The notes: a model not told the origin generated them from the sequence alone. A stretch of DNA of 63,967 bases, filler included, from Octopus bimaculoides (GCF_001194135.2; 7 parts of 7 records of this genome joined end to end with filler, not necessarily neighbours in it), one strand, 5' to 3'. Counted from the whole stretch's first letter, positions 24,378 to 38,250 are shown. Translations and numbers: made by a program.

Positions 24378-25934
24378 TGTACTCTAACGTTGGACTGTTA
24401 TAATGTCCACTCCGGTATAGCAGTATAGATAGTAAGACAAGTAAGACACGACTATCAATCACCGACTACCCCGACTTCTCGACGTCACAGTATTTGTAAC
24501 GACTAACACATACCACTTATCACGTGGGATAAGTGTTCCATTGTTATTATTACCCCCATAACATCTCCCATTCTAAGTTTTTTCTCTCAGGGAGTGTAAT
24601 TTTATTTCTTTTTATTAACAAGAATTTTTACATTACCACCCCACTCCGTCACATTTTTTTGCGTTTTTTAATGCAGTTACAAATATAATGTTTTTCGTTT
24701 GGCATTCACTTCCAGGAACTCCGTAAATTTTCTATTTCTTTCACTTGTGCGTCTGGGTTCAATCTTTTGTAGTGGTGTTGGTACTTGAAAAGTATCATAT
24801 AACCATTCCATTGGTTCTTCCATGCTCTTGGGTTCGCTCTCAACGAATCTTATTTTTAGTTGATTCATGTGTCTCCTGTATACTCCTTTTCTTCCTTTTA
24901 CCAAGTATAGCACTCTTTCTATGCGTTTAGTAATCACGTTATCTTCCCAACTTTGTTTTCCATTTTCATATGCCCTAACAAATACATTTTAATCAATTTT
25001 GAAATATTTTACTGTATTATCCATTGAAATTTTTACAAGGTAGTATTTTGCCGAAGACTGATTTTATTTTCCTCGCAAACATCAGCTCCGCTGGTGACAC
25101 CTGCTGGCGTATTTGAACTTGGTGTCACACGGTATGCTCTTAAGAATTGCTGTAGCGCTACCTCATCCGTCACTTCCTTATTCGACTTTCTTAGGGCTCT
25201 TTTGAACATATCGACAAAACGTTCTGCCTGTCCATTTGATCTGGGATGGTATAGCGCCATAGTTAGATGTACTACAGTGAACGTTTTACAAAACGTTTAA
25301 AACTCAAACGACACAAATTGCGTTCCATTGTCAGACACTATCGTGTCTGGAACGCCAAATCTCGCAAACAGCTAATGTAGAAAGTTCGTCGTAGTTGAGG
25401 AGGTGGGCATTTTACATTTGCAAATTTCTGGCCAGTTAGAGAAACTACCTACTATGACTAAGTACTTACTTTTCATTAATTGCAGCATTTGTTGATGTAA
25501 TAGTAATTGTTGTTGTTGTTCTTGCAGTTGTTGTTGCTGTAATAGTAAGCTTGTTATTGTTCTTGCAGCTGCTGCTGCTACTGCAGTTGTTCCTGTTGTT
25601 GTTGCTATTGCTGTATTTGTAACTCGGGCAAACCGGCCAACAAAACTTCTATAATTTTACACTTTTGTATACCGTAAAATTCGCACAAAAAAACTTTTGT
25701 GAATTTCGTAACTCCTTGTGAGTTTGTTAATTCCTCGTCGCCACGACTGTAATCGAGCGTCGGACTGTTATAACGCTCATTCCGGTATAGCAGTATAGTT
25801 AGACAAGTAAGACACGACTATCTATGACCGACTACCCCGAATTCTCGACGTCACAGCATTTGTAACAACTACGCATATCACATATTTCTCCATTTTCTGT
25901 TTACTTCCTATTATATATATATATATAAACGGCA
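24378..25934 (-). mobile_element. Internally deleted Gypsy LTR retrotransposon (two LTRs, PBS, Q-rich gag start, integrase core, PPT)
   Basis: Shared LTR blocks at 24378-24563 and 25748-~25934; PBS TGGCGACGAGGA at 25743-25732; PPT AGAATGGGGAGA just before TGT at 24563; integrase remnant FARFGVPDTIVSDNGTQF...YHPRSNGQAERFV..FKRAL. Confidence 0.88.
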
Positions 25935-26276
25935 TATATGAAGAGTCGTTAGAGAATTTATGGAAAACTGGTATTTATTCTACTCTCTGTGTTCAAGTCC
26001 TAACGTGGTCCCTGATCACGAGGCCAACATTTAATTATAAAATTTGAAATGGTTGAAGGAAAATAGTGGACGTCTTCCATTGCATCATAACAATGATTAT
26101 GATGATTCTATAATCTCTCTCACTCTCTCTCAATTGTTCGTTCGTTCGTTAGATTAAATTGAAGATTATTCTAGTATTACAAATTCGTATGTATAGTGAA
26201 AGCACGCGGCTTAGTGGTTAGGCGTATTCGGCTCACGATTGTAAGGTTGTGAGTTCGAAAACCGGCGGCGCGTTGT

Positions 26277-27460
26277 GAACGACTTTACCTGCCAAGAAAA
26301 GAGGGTGGCCGTGGACTTTTACAACTGGAAATAACAATGAAGATTGCCACAATTAGCCTCAACACCTACCTGAAAAACTCTGATGACTGGATGTTAAAGC
26401 TGGTTTTAAAGCATGAAAACAAGAAAGCATCATGCTCAGTAACAAAACAGGCAAAAGAATATCTAAGTGAATTCCAAATACAATAAATCCCAGAATTAGA
26501 CGTACTGGAAACAAGCACAGAAGTTAGGCGTATGAAAACCCGTGCTAAAACTGCTGCCTTAGATATTCTTACTGATAAATGGCAACAAAAACCTCTCAAT
26601 GGCAGATACCTAAAGAAAGCTAATAATGCCGATGCTGACAAAACCCTTACCCGTCAATGGTTAATGTCTTCTGGCTTAAAATCAGAAACAGAAGGGTTTA
26701 TCATAGCAGCCCAAGATCAATGCCTACCTACAAGGAACTAATAGGCCAACATATTAAAGAACGACAGTAGCCCAACATGTCGTGAATGTAAACAACAAAA
26801 TGAAGCCATTGATTATGTTGCCTCCTTGTGCAGTCTTCTTGCGCCTACAGAGTATCTCAACTGGTATGATAGCTCAGTACAGTTTATTCACTGGGTAATT
26901 TGCCGTTCAAACTGACAGAAAGATAGATGCGAATAGGCCAGACATTATATTGAAAGACTTCAGACTAAAATCATGCCTCCTCATTGATATGACTGTCCCA
27001 AACGACATAAATGTATCTGACAAGACCTACCAAAAACTGAGCAAGTATAAAGATCTTGAAATAGGGATTGGCAAAATATGGAACATCAAGACTAAAACAA
27101 TACCTGTTGTCATAGGTGCCTTCCGAATGATAGCAAAAGAGGCTGATTCCTACCTAGCTCAGATACCAGGAAACCCCAAAATGGCAGAAATTCAAAACAT
27201 AGTGCTTATGAGAACTGTCCATATCCTGCGTAAAATACTGTCTATGTAATCTCAAATATAAAAACAAACTTATAATGTTCTTATGTTTTCTTAAACATTC
27301 TCTAGAACAATACTATGTGCAAAACTCAAATATATGACACACTAGGCATAATACCAACTTGAACTTCTAACTTGTTGTCTCTTGAGGTCTCTGGGTGAGA
27401 CTTGGAGTCAACTTGTACAAATACAAAGCGAAGGTCAAACATAAAATGATAATAATAATA
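26277..27460 (+). mobile_element. 5'-truncated non-LTR retrotransposon with restriction-like endonuclease (R2/R4/NeSL group)
   Basis: RLYLPRKEGGRGL; WLMSSGLKSETEGFIIAAQDQ; degenerate zinc knuckle CRECKQQNE.IDYV.S.C; IDMTVP...KLSKYKDLE...IPVVIGA.G...ILRKILSM; stops and an internal deletion; (TAA)n tail. Confidence 0.85.
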
Positions 27461-27683
27461 ACAATCCTTTCTACTATAGGCACAAGGTCTGAAATTTGAG
27501 GGCGGAGGATAGACGATTACATCGACTCCAGTGTTCAACTGGTACTTATTTTATCGACCCCAGTAAAATGAATAGTAAAGTCGACCTCGGCGGAATTTGA
27601 GCTCAGAACGTAAAGACAAACGAAATACAGCTAAGTATTTTGTCTGGCATGCTAATGATTCTTCTAATTCGTCACCTCTGATG

Positions 27684-27726
<43 letters not shown>

Positions 27727-29294
27727 TGATGATAATAATAATGATAATAATAATCCTTTTCTACTCTAGGCACAAGGCCCGAAATTTGAGGGGAGGGGGG
27801 AGGTCAGTCNNNNNNNNNNNNNNNNNNNNNNNNNNNNNNNNNNNNNNNNNNNNTTAATTAATTAANNNNNNNNNNNNNNNNNNNNNNNNNNNNNNNNNNN
27901 NNNNNNNNNTATATATATAATTGCTGATTATAATAAGTGGAACAAAAACACTAGTATCAGTGTATAACGGAATCGTTTGATTCTACCTAAATTTAAAATG
28001 CATCAACGAAGCAATTTCCCAATATCTAACTTTGAAAGGATTTCTATTTCGTGAGAATATCCGAGAGAAAATTATCTTTTCACAAAGTGTATAACAAGTG
28101 GTCACAATTTATCGAAAATTATATTACATTCAATTGTTCTACACTACATATTCCATAGTTAGGAATATGATGCGCATATTAGTCTTCCCATTTGTTATAG
28201 AACTAATCATTCACAAATAGTGCAGTGTTTTGGAACAAATATACAATATAGCATAAATGTTTCTTGCGTAAGTAACATAAACAGAGCCGCATATGACATG
28301 AACTTTAGAATTGTTTATTTGTTTTCCCATAATTGCGAATGAATAGATATCATAATGGACTGGATTGACGTAAGGAATTAGCTGAAAAGCAAAACACTTT
28401 CCAACGTTATCAGCTTACCTTCCTCCTATTATGCCGAGTCCCGAATAAAATAATGCATTTTTGCGAAATAAATAAATGCATAAAGACAAATGTTAAACAA
28501 AAAGCATGATTTCTTGTGCAGTACTAACTTCTTTTAACATATGATATTAAATGTGCAAATATATTTATGGAAACGCTGCAATCAATTAAAATACAAAATA
28601 TGTGTATCATATTGATGCATTTATTGCCAAGCAATAGATAAACAAATTTGTCATTAAACATAATGTTTCATGAATGTCTTGATGGTAAACATCTAAGCAA
28701 TATATAAAACCTTTAAACATTTCTGGGTGAGATTATTTCTAACACAACATCAATATTTAATATACATATATTTCTACGTATTTTTCTAAGTAGGTATAAA
28801 TATTTATAAGTATATGGGGGGATGTGTGTGTGTTTTCTGTTACTTTGAATGCATATATACACGTGTGTGCATGTGTGTGTGTTTGTATGTGTGTGTGTTA
28901 CGGGTGGTGTTAAACACTACTTGTCTGTATGAATACTGATTCCATCTCTTGTAGAGACCTTAAAGACTGTCTTCTTGCAAGATCAGTGACTGTGTATAAA
29001 TTATTTTTACGAGATGAAAGAACAACTGCTATATCTAGCGGACGAGTATCCATCATCGGGGATTACCAAAAGAAGGTCGAAACCGCATGGTCTAATGATT
29101 TGGGGGCTGAAATAGCAAGGAGCTCTCTCCTCGCTTGCAATATACATTGTGTGCAGAGCGCACTACATAAGCATCTGGAGGAGGTGTCCTCTTGCGATTA
29201 ATAATCGCAGTATCCCTGGTTCCTAGGGAACATCCGTATTTAGCTGGCGTTAAAATACTGCTACTTTCATTTCTTGTAATGATTTTCTTTCTAT

Positions 29295-29365
<71 letters not shown>

Positions 29366-29762
29366 NNNNNNNNNNNNNNNNNNNNNNNNNNNNNNNNNNN
29401 NNNNNNNNNNNNNNNNNNNNNNNNNNNNNNNNNNNNNNNNNNNNNNNNNNNNNNNNNNNNNNNNNNNNNNNNNNNNNNNNNNNNNNNNNNNNNNNNNNNN
29501 NNNNNNNNNNNNNNNNNNNNNNNNNNNNNNNNNNNNNNNNNNNNNNNNNNNNNNNNNNNNNNNNNNNNNNNNNNNNNNNNNNNNNNNNNNNNNNNNNNNN
29601 NNNNNNNNNNNNNNNNNNNNNNNNNNNNNNNNNNNNNNNNNNNNNNNNNNNNNNNNNNNNNNNNNNNNNNNNNNNNNNNNNNNNNNNNNNNNNNNNNNNN
29701 NNNNNNNNNNNNNNNNNNNNNNNNNNNNNNNNNNNNNNNNNNNNNNNNNNNNNNNNNNNNNN

Positions 29763-29861
<99 letters not shown>

Positions 29862-31585
29862 CATATACATATACATATACATATATATATACACACACAT
29901 ATATATATATATATGTATATATATACGTGTCGGTACGTAGATATGACATATATGTAATCCTAGGTACGTGTGTATATTTTCAAAGAGAAAATTCTCACTA
30001 TGCATCTCTTTTAGTAGATGTGTGTTTCTACATCATTCTTAGTGAAGTTGTTTAGATGCCTCCTCAAAAGCAAATATTTTCTCTATCACAGATATAAATT
30101 TTTGTTCGAGGAGAAATTTGTCTGGAAATCGTATTGTTATGACTATTAGCTGCGTGAAACGAATGTTTGTCATATAGATGTACACTCTATGTAATCATTC
30201 TGTGTTGCTTCCTCCTGTTAAATATATTACTGCGAACTCAAAATTTTGGTTATCAGTGTGATCACAGCACCTCTTGTAAAGTGACACAGAACTTATTTCC
30301 TGTTAGTGTAATAGATGATCTAAGAAACAGTTATATAGATAAAAAAATCAATAATATTTTTCTTTTCGCTGAGAATTCTTTCATTGTTGCGGGAAAAATT
30401 TATGTCCCCTTTAATAATAAATATACAAAAGCAGCGTATCGTTCCTAGTTTAGGAAATTTAATAACCAGACCTGCAAATATTCTAAATCTGATTGTTAGG
30501 ACTGTTAGTGCAGTTTAAGGGGGAGTAGACTCAAAGTCTGAATATGTGGGAAAAAGTATATATTTGTATTCTGAAACATTCAGATCGTAGGGAAAGAAGC
30601 AAATTATATCAGAACGTTCATGATCAATAATACAAATACGTTCTATTGAGGCAATATGACTTTATGCAAATGTGCAGTAATTTAAAAACGGTTGCTGAAA
30701 GAGATACAAGCATTTGTGAAAGATACAGAATAAGAGGTCAGAGGTAAAAGATGTCGAAAATAGAACCAAGGGAATATACTAAATGTGGAAGATTAACAAG
30801 ACAATATTGTGAACCCAGTTAATATTCGCGTTTGGGCGCGCTGAGCACATCACTACTTAGAAAATTATCAGTGAATCAACATCTCCATCACCACTTTCCG
30901 AATTATCCTCTTGTAAACTTTAGTGACCTTCTCTTCCGTTCAATTCAAAATCAAACCGCTCTTACATGGGATTTTGATCCATCTGCAGTATGGTCTCATA
31001 GCGAAAAAGAAAAAAAAAAACTTCCTCGCAGAGGAACCTTTCTGGATTACCGGTTTAGACGCCTAGGCCAACAGCATTCTTGATTCGATTTTCGATAATG
31101 ATGGCTAGGGAGCGTGCAAGTTTCATTATGTAAGAGTAAACAGTGAATTGTGGTGGAGTGGTCAGTTTGATGGGGGCATTAGCTGCGAGTAGATTTGGGA
31201 AAATGTGTTGAACAAGGAGATGACATTTGGAAGTCTCATAGCCAAAATTTACCGAGATTTGGAGCGAGATTGAAATTCAAGAAACATAATCACTGCATAT
31301 ATTCGAAAACTTGAAAACACTGCCCACACACACACACACACACACACCCACACACACACACACACACATAGATACATATAGATATGGATATATTTATATG
31401 TATATGNNNNNNNNNNNNNNNNNNNNNNNNNNNNNNNNNNNNNNNNNNNNNNNNNNNNNNNNNTACATACATAAAACAGTGGTGAGGGAGACAGGGACGA
31501 GGTGTGAAAGTGAGGGTCAATGGAGAGGATTATTTTTGCTCTCCGTGTGTCGATAAATTATCATAGAACACGTTATAATTATAAT

Positions 31586-31765
31586 TGCGTGAGCTGGCAG
31601 AATCGTTAGCACGCCGAGAGAAATGCTTAGTGGTAGTTCGCTCGTCACTATGTTCTGAGTTCACGTTACACCGAGTCAACTTTGCCTTTCTTCCCTTCGG
31701 GTCGATGTGATCCACCTCCGCATCCTCCAAAATTTCAGGACTTGTGCTTATAGTAGAAATAATTG
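31586..31765 (+). mobile_element. tRNA-derived SINE (family C)
   Basis: GAGCTGGCAGAATCGTTAGCACGCCG...GAGTTCA...GTCGACTTTGCCTTTC; copies at 35183-35395(+), 9822-10019(-), 20540-20752(-), 27465-27680(-). Confidence 0.8.
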
Positions 31766-34700
31766 TTGTTGTCGTTGTCGTCGTCGTCGTCGTCTTCTTT
31801 TTTGTTGTTGTTGTTGTTGTTGTTGTTGCTGTATGTGTGATTCCGTGATGAACTGGAAGAATCGCTAACGAGTTGCCGAAATTATCTCTTCCGTCTTTCT
31901 GAGTTCTAATGCCGCCGTGGTCGTTTATGCATTTCGTCTTTCTGAAGTCGTAAAACATGTAGAATTCATGTACGGAAGTCAGTGTAAACCATTAGACCCT
32001 TCCCTCGAAATGGCAGACATTGTACCGATATTTGAAACTACTATTATAAGTGCTTGTGCACGTATGTTTGTGTGTGATTACTCGAATTCAACTGCTTTCA
32101 GTCTCGCTAATGATATCTCTGTGTAATTAAACACATTGGGTTATTTGAAGCGAATATCTCAAAAACCGTTTGTATGGAAGAATCAACGTAAATGTACAAT
32201 GACCACACGCTTGGACTTATAATAAAGACAATTAATGTTTGCGATCGAGGTATCAGAATGCAGAGAATATAAACAGTGAATTAAATTGAATATCTAAAGA
32301 CGAATATCATCACGATGCGAAAGCTGAAGCATTTTAACGAAGACACCTGAGAAATAAGATAGAGCTCCAATTTACCATGAAGCATGGCATAAACAACCTC
32401 CTCCATCTGCAATCAGAATAGCGAAAATACTTAACGCAATTCTCCAGTGTGGTCAAACAGATAAGAATTTCCTACCAATAATAATTGACACACCAATCTT
32501 AACATTCTGTTACTTATTGATTCCTACTTGGTCATAAGGCAATTAAATTATCAGTCAGGAAATGAGGTTGTATGATTTTCATGTATTTCTAAATGGTTTT
32601 ACTTCGTAAAACGAATATTTGAAGAAGACAAAGAGAATGAATACGCTGTTTAACTTGCTTACGTTTCATTTACAACGTTATGTATTTATCTAGATATATG
32701 TTTGTGCGCCTGTGCATATGCATGGATATAGTTTGTTATATGCACAAATTTCACCTTATAATTACTATAATGACAGAAATGATTCTATTTTTAAGAATAT
32801 ATCGGTGTAATATCTTATGCGTTAATGACTATAGAAATGAAATTTAAGAATCTGTTAGTAGAATTTGAACCGGGATTGATAGAGTGGGAAAATATGTGCA
32901 GTCTATCAGTTACGTTTACCACGTTTTAATAGGATCTCATTCTAATGAACTTGTTACGTAGAAGCAACTCAATTTCCCGAGAAAGAAAACTATGTTAACT
33001 CGGTGAAGAGACAATCACCTTGTTAGGAGAATATGTCGTAATTAATATTGTAGGTCCACTGAAAAACAAATGGCCGTATCCGATTGGTTCCTTTATTTTA
33101 TTGTCAACATTTGTTTTTACTTAGCACGAAGACTAGATCTGAAAGTAAATACACGCTGACGCTTTGCTGGTAATGCTTTCACAAGGCAAGTGTTACATTT
33201 ATTGCATCGACGTCGTTAGTCCCACAAACTAATTGACTATACATCAATTACACCTCATAAAACAAAATGTTAATTTAGAACGTTGATTATAGACTGGACG
33301 TGTATAAAATTAACTAAGGCAAGATGTCTAGAGAGAAGGAAATTGAGGTAAACATTAAAAAGCATATTAAACTTGTGTCGGGTTTATCAAAGGAAAACAA
33401 TTAAGATAAAAGAATAAAAGAATACACAGAGTGATAACGACCTCTCTTAAATATCATATACACACGCACATACACATGTAATTCCGTGTATATATATNNN
33501 NNNNNNNNNNNNNNNNNNNNNNNNNNNNNNNNNNNNNNNNNNNNNNNNNNNNNNNNNNNNNNNNNNNNNNNNNNNNNNNNNNNNNNNNNNNNNNNNNNNN
33601 NNNNNNNNNNNNNNNNNNNNNNNNNNNNNNNNNNNNNNNNNNNNNNNNNNNNNNNNNNNNNNNNNNNNNNNNNNNNNNNNNNNNNNNNNNNNNNNNNNNN
33701 NNNNNNNNNNNNNNNNNNNNNNNNNNNNNNNNNNNNNNNNNNNNNNNNNNNNNNNNNNNNNNNNNNNNNNNNNNNNNNNNNNNNNNNNNNNNNNNNNNNN
33801 NNNNNNNNNNNNNNNNNNNNNNNNNNNNNNNNNNNNNNNNNNNNNNNNNNNNNNNNNNNNNNNNNNNNNNNNNNNNNNNNNNNNNNNNNNNNNNNNNNNN
33901 NNNNNNNNNNNNNNNNNNNNNNNNNNNNNNNNNNNNNNNNNNNNNNNNNNNNNNNNNNNNNNNNNNNNNNNNNNNNNNNNNNNNNNNNNNNNNNNNNNNN
34001 NNNNNNNNNNNNNNNNNNNNNNNNNNNNNNNNNNNNNNNNNNNNNNNNNNNNNNNNNNNNNNNNNNNNNNNNNNNNNNNNNNNNNNNNNNNNNNNNNNNN
34101 NNNNNNNNNNNNNNNNNNNNNNNNNNNNNNNNNNNNNNNNNNNNNNNNNNNNNNNNNNNNNNNNNNNNNNNNNNNNNNNNNNNNNNNNNNNNNNNNNNNN
34201 NNNNNNNNNNNNNNATATATATACATGAATACGTATATGTATGTATATATACATACTCACATACATCCACACACTTATCTCTGTTTGAGTATGGCTATCC
34301 ATGTGTGCTTGTGCGTGGTAGAACGATACTTACAGAAAATCAGTGTATCTATGGGTGATATGTGTGCGCACGAAATCCTGTCTGTGACATTGTGTATGTT
34401 TTTGTACTTACATACACATCTCAAGGTTCAGAAATTAGTTGTCGAAATGTTTTGATCGTCAACTAAAATGCCGTGCTTTCCATCTCTTTAAAGTACGGTC
34501 CATTTTGACGTCTAATGCGACATAACGATTCAACGTTTTCCAGTGTACCAGCTGAAATTAAGTAGTTGCTCCTACTCTCAATACGCATAGTCAGAAAACA
34601 CACGCGCACACACGCACGCACTTAGCACTTATATATATATATATACAAAATTTTAAATTTAAAAGAGAGTTTTGACGCTAATATCCATTATTATCGAAAT

Positions 34701-35394
34701 TTCTTCCTACGTCAACATTTCTGTATAAGGCTATATTTAACTGTCAAATTCAAGTCAAACATATAAATTGCCTTACACATCTTCAGGGAAAAAAAGTTAA
34801 GAACAAAAGGTAAACATCAAAACATCGTCTCTAAGAACAGTCTATATTGGTAACGATTACATGGTTTTCTCATCATCAACACATTGTGGAGATATCATCA
34901 TNNNNNNNNNNNNNNNNNNNNNNNNNNNNNNNNNNNNNNNNNNNNNNNNNNNNNNNATATATGCGTGTGTGTGTATAAAAATTTATACAAGAAAATGGAA
35001 AAAAAATGGTCTAAATCGCAAATTACAACATTTGTTTCTGTGTTTTGGCACCAACTTTAAGTATATATATGTACGTGTTTGTAGTGTGTATATGTATGTG
35101 TTAGTGCGTGTGTGTCTGTGTGTCCATGAGCGTACATGTATGTATGTACGTAAGTATGTTTGTATACCGTGTGAAAACATTCCCAGCAAGCTGGCAGAAT
35201 CATTAGCACGCCGGGTGAGTTACTTAGCAGTATCTTGTCTGCCGTTAGGTTTGAGTTCAAACTCTGTCCAAGTCGACTTTAACTTTCATCCTTCCGGTGG
35301 CCGATAAAATTAGTACCAGTTAAGTACTGTGTCGATGTAATTGACTTTGATCACTTCCCCCAAAATTTGAGGCCTTGAGCTTCCAACAGAATGG

Positions 35395-35441
<47 letters not shown>

Positions 35442-36294
35442 TAGCCGTAAAAAATAAATGCGCATTGTAGTATTCTATATATATGAAGGTACAATAAGGT
35501 GAAAAAAATTGGACAGTGCTTCAACTGTGCGTGCGTGTGTGTCTCTGTGCCTTCGCGTGCATGTGTGCATATGTATAAATGTATATGTATGAGTAGCATT
35601 GTCTGTAGCGAATCCGGTTTTCTATACGTTGTCACAACTCGCTTACTGCTTTTTAAGTGTGTCTGTATGTATGAGTTTTAAGTGTTCCACTGCCATCGGT
35701 AGATTTCCCCTTCTTTTCTCATTCATATTTCGGAGAAATGCACAAAATTATTATTATAGAACATTATTATAGCAGATGATACACGACGCTCTCTTTGCAA
35801 CTTCCTCTGTTTTCAGTGGAATTACTTTCTTTCACTCACTCTCAGTCATGGTCATTACTCTCACTACTTCTCCTTCACCGAATTACTTTTTCTCTCTTCT
35901 CGTTTGACCATTCAATCTGCTTGATTTTGGAGACGCACGCACACACATGCACACACAAACAAACACACACTCATATATGGACAAATATATAAAATATATA
36001 CGATCTTAATTATATTAGGAGATTATTATTGTGTGAGGGAGCAGTGCATGTCATGAAAGTGGCACTGGTGTACAAATATACGAAGCACAAGATATCCATC
36101 TGCTTAGGGTACACCAGCCCCATGCAACACAACTATATGTGAGCGACATCGTAATCTCTTATCAAGATAAACTGCGCTTGACCTTGCAGGTGGTGACCAG
36201 TTAGAGTTTTTTTATTCAGATCAAGTACCCTATCCCGCTGAAGGTTTCCCTTCCGTGAGCCATTCAGGCATTGTTTGTGGCTCTGCTAGTATAT

Positions 36295-36647
36295 CGTTGT
36301 TGTTATTATTATTATTATTGTTCAGTAGTTTTATTTTTATAACGTGCTTTCACTTCACTACCGAGCGCAGCTCTGTGCGCCTTGGGTATGTGCTGTGGTG
36401 CTTTTATGTTTACTGTATTGAAAGTGTTTTGCGTAGAATGTGTGCAGTACCCAGTAGTGCAATTTTCTGTATGTTACATATATTTGTAAGTCCTGGTATT
36501 TTTGTTATGTATTTGTCTGAGTATTTTTTAATTATACCTAAGGCACCTACTATGATAGGAATTGTTTCTGTTTTTAGACTCCACATTCGAGTTATCTCTA
36601 TTTCCAGGTCTTTGTATTTTGAAAGTTTTTCCATTTCTTTTCGAGAA
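36295..36647 (-). mobile_element. 3' end of a related RLE-type LINE
   Basis: EKLSKYKDLEIEITRMWSLKTETIPIIVGALG...QKIALLGTAHILRKTLSIQ stop, then 3' UTR and (TAA)n-like tail. Confidence 0.85.
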
Positions 36648-36747
36648 NNNNNNNNNNNNNNNNNNNNNNNNNNNNNNNNNNNNNNNNNNNNTTAATTAAT
36701 TAANNNNNNNNNNNNNNNNNNNNNNNNNNNNNNNNNNNNNNNNNNNN

Positions 36748-36824
36748 TGCACAACTCGAGGCGACTATCAACGCTGACCTCGGAGAACGGAGCAACGTCA
36801 TTGATAGACTGAACAAGGAAATTG
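36748..36824 (+). CDS. RPGRIP1L: RPGRIP1L (fantom) coiled-coil exon, 5' end lost in gap
   Basis: AQLEATINADLGERSNVIDRLNKEI plus G|gtaagg; resembles vertebrate QLETALKSDL.DK.EILDRLK segment. Confidence 0.75.
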
Positions 36825-37423
36825 GTAAGGCTGATGTTCAGCCCCCCCCCCCATCCCAGTCGTCCTGGGTCCAACTTTAGATTGCATCTGGTAGTGGATC
36901 CCTGGTTCAGGAGCTCCAGGGAGTTTGAGGAGCGTGGAACCTCCCCCTTAGCCACAGTTGTTCCCCTGTCTACTCTGACCTGAAGTTGCAGCACCTGTCA
37001 GGGTCCCATGGGTTAATTAGCATATTAGGGCTTACCTACAGAGGTAGGTAAGTCCTAATATGAAGAATGGGTCTGCATGTGAAGAATGGATGCACGTTAA
37101 TTTCATGAGCAGGCTGTTCTGTTGATCGGATCAACTGGGACCCTCGTCGTCGTAACCGACAGGGTGCCAGTTACCCCAGAGCACACAACACTGTGCCACA
37201 ATGAGCGATCTTGAGTAAGGTGTTCCCAACAAACCTGTCCCTGTTCTTAGTGAAACCATTCCGAGGTTGTCTTGAGAGACTGTTTATAATCTTCTTCGGT
37301 CCACCATGTGACTGAGAGCCTAACTGCTAGGATATTCAAAGTAGTATACGTCTGCTGTGCGATGTGTACCCTAACCCCCTTAATTCTCTTGTGTTCTTTA
37401 TATTGTCGGGTCCGGTCCCGTAG

Positions 37424-37530
37424 CGGAAAACAGTGAAGCAGAAAGGATGCTACGCGAAGTTCGTATAGAAAACTACCAACTCCAGGAACAAAACGAGGAA
37501 CTTAAAAAGAAGATGAGTTTTTTCACCAGT
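37424..37530 (+). CDS. RPGRIP1L: RPGRIP1L coiled-coil exon
   Basis: cccgtag acceptor, phase 1; AENSEAERMLREVRIENYQLQEQNEELKKKMSFFTS|gtcagt. Confidence 0.8.
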
Positions 37531-37923
37531 GTCAGTATTAATTAGTTTTTGTTGATTGCTTTATTAATTAGCATATTTTCGTCATTGATTGGTGTTGTTC
37601 TATGACATGCATATTGGCAGTGTGGTATTCCAGCCATGTATATATACGAAGGGCTTTACTTTCAAAAACTGGTTATAAGTGCTTATTTGGTTGATTTCAT
37701 GGTAAACCTTGAAACACAAATCTGCAAGCTGCTGGTCTCATGCATAGAATTCCTTTCAGTCAAACTGGGATAGATGCCATATGGAGAGTGGGCGAATCTT
37801 AGTCTTCCAATCGAAACCAGATATATTCAAGTTGTTGTTTTAAACAATTACTCGAAAGTCATTTTCAATGCATAGACCTGGTTCTGAAAGGAAGTTCTTC
37901 ATAAATAAATATATATATATATA

Positions 37924-38250
37924 CTCTTTTACTTGTTTCAGTCATTTGACTGCGGCCATGCTGGAGCACCGCCTTTTGTCGAGCAAATCGACCCCAGGAC
38001 TTATTCTTTGTAAGCCCGGTACTTATTCTATCGGTCTTTTTTGCTAAACCGCTAGGTTATGGGCATGTAAACACACCACCATTGGTTGTCAAGCGAGGAG
38101 CTTCTTTCAGTTTCCGTCTACCAAATCCACTCACAAGGCTTTGGTCGGCCCGAGGCTATAGTAGAAGACACTTGCCCAAGGTGCCAGCCACGCAGTGGGA
38201 CTGAACCCGGAACCATGTGGTTGGTAAGCCAGCTACTTACCACACAGCCA
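37924..38250 (-). mobile_element. SINE family A head joined to family B body and tail
   Basis: Head continuous with ...GACCGATAGAATAAGTAC...GGCGGTGCTCCAGCATGGCCGCAGTCAAATGACTGAAAC and AAGAGTA tail; body copies also at 41077-41222, 44568-44655, 52040-52225, 59838-60010. Confidence 0.8.
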
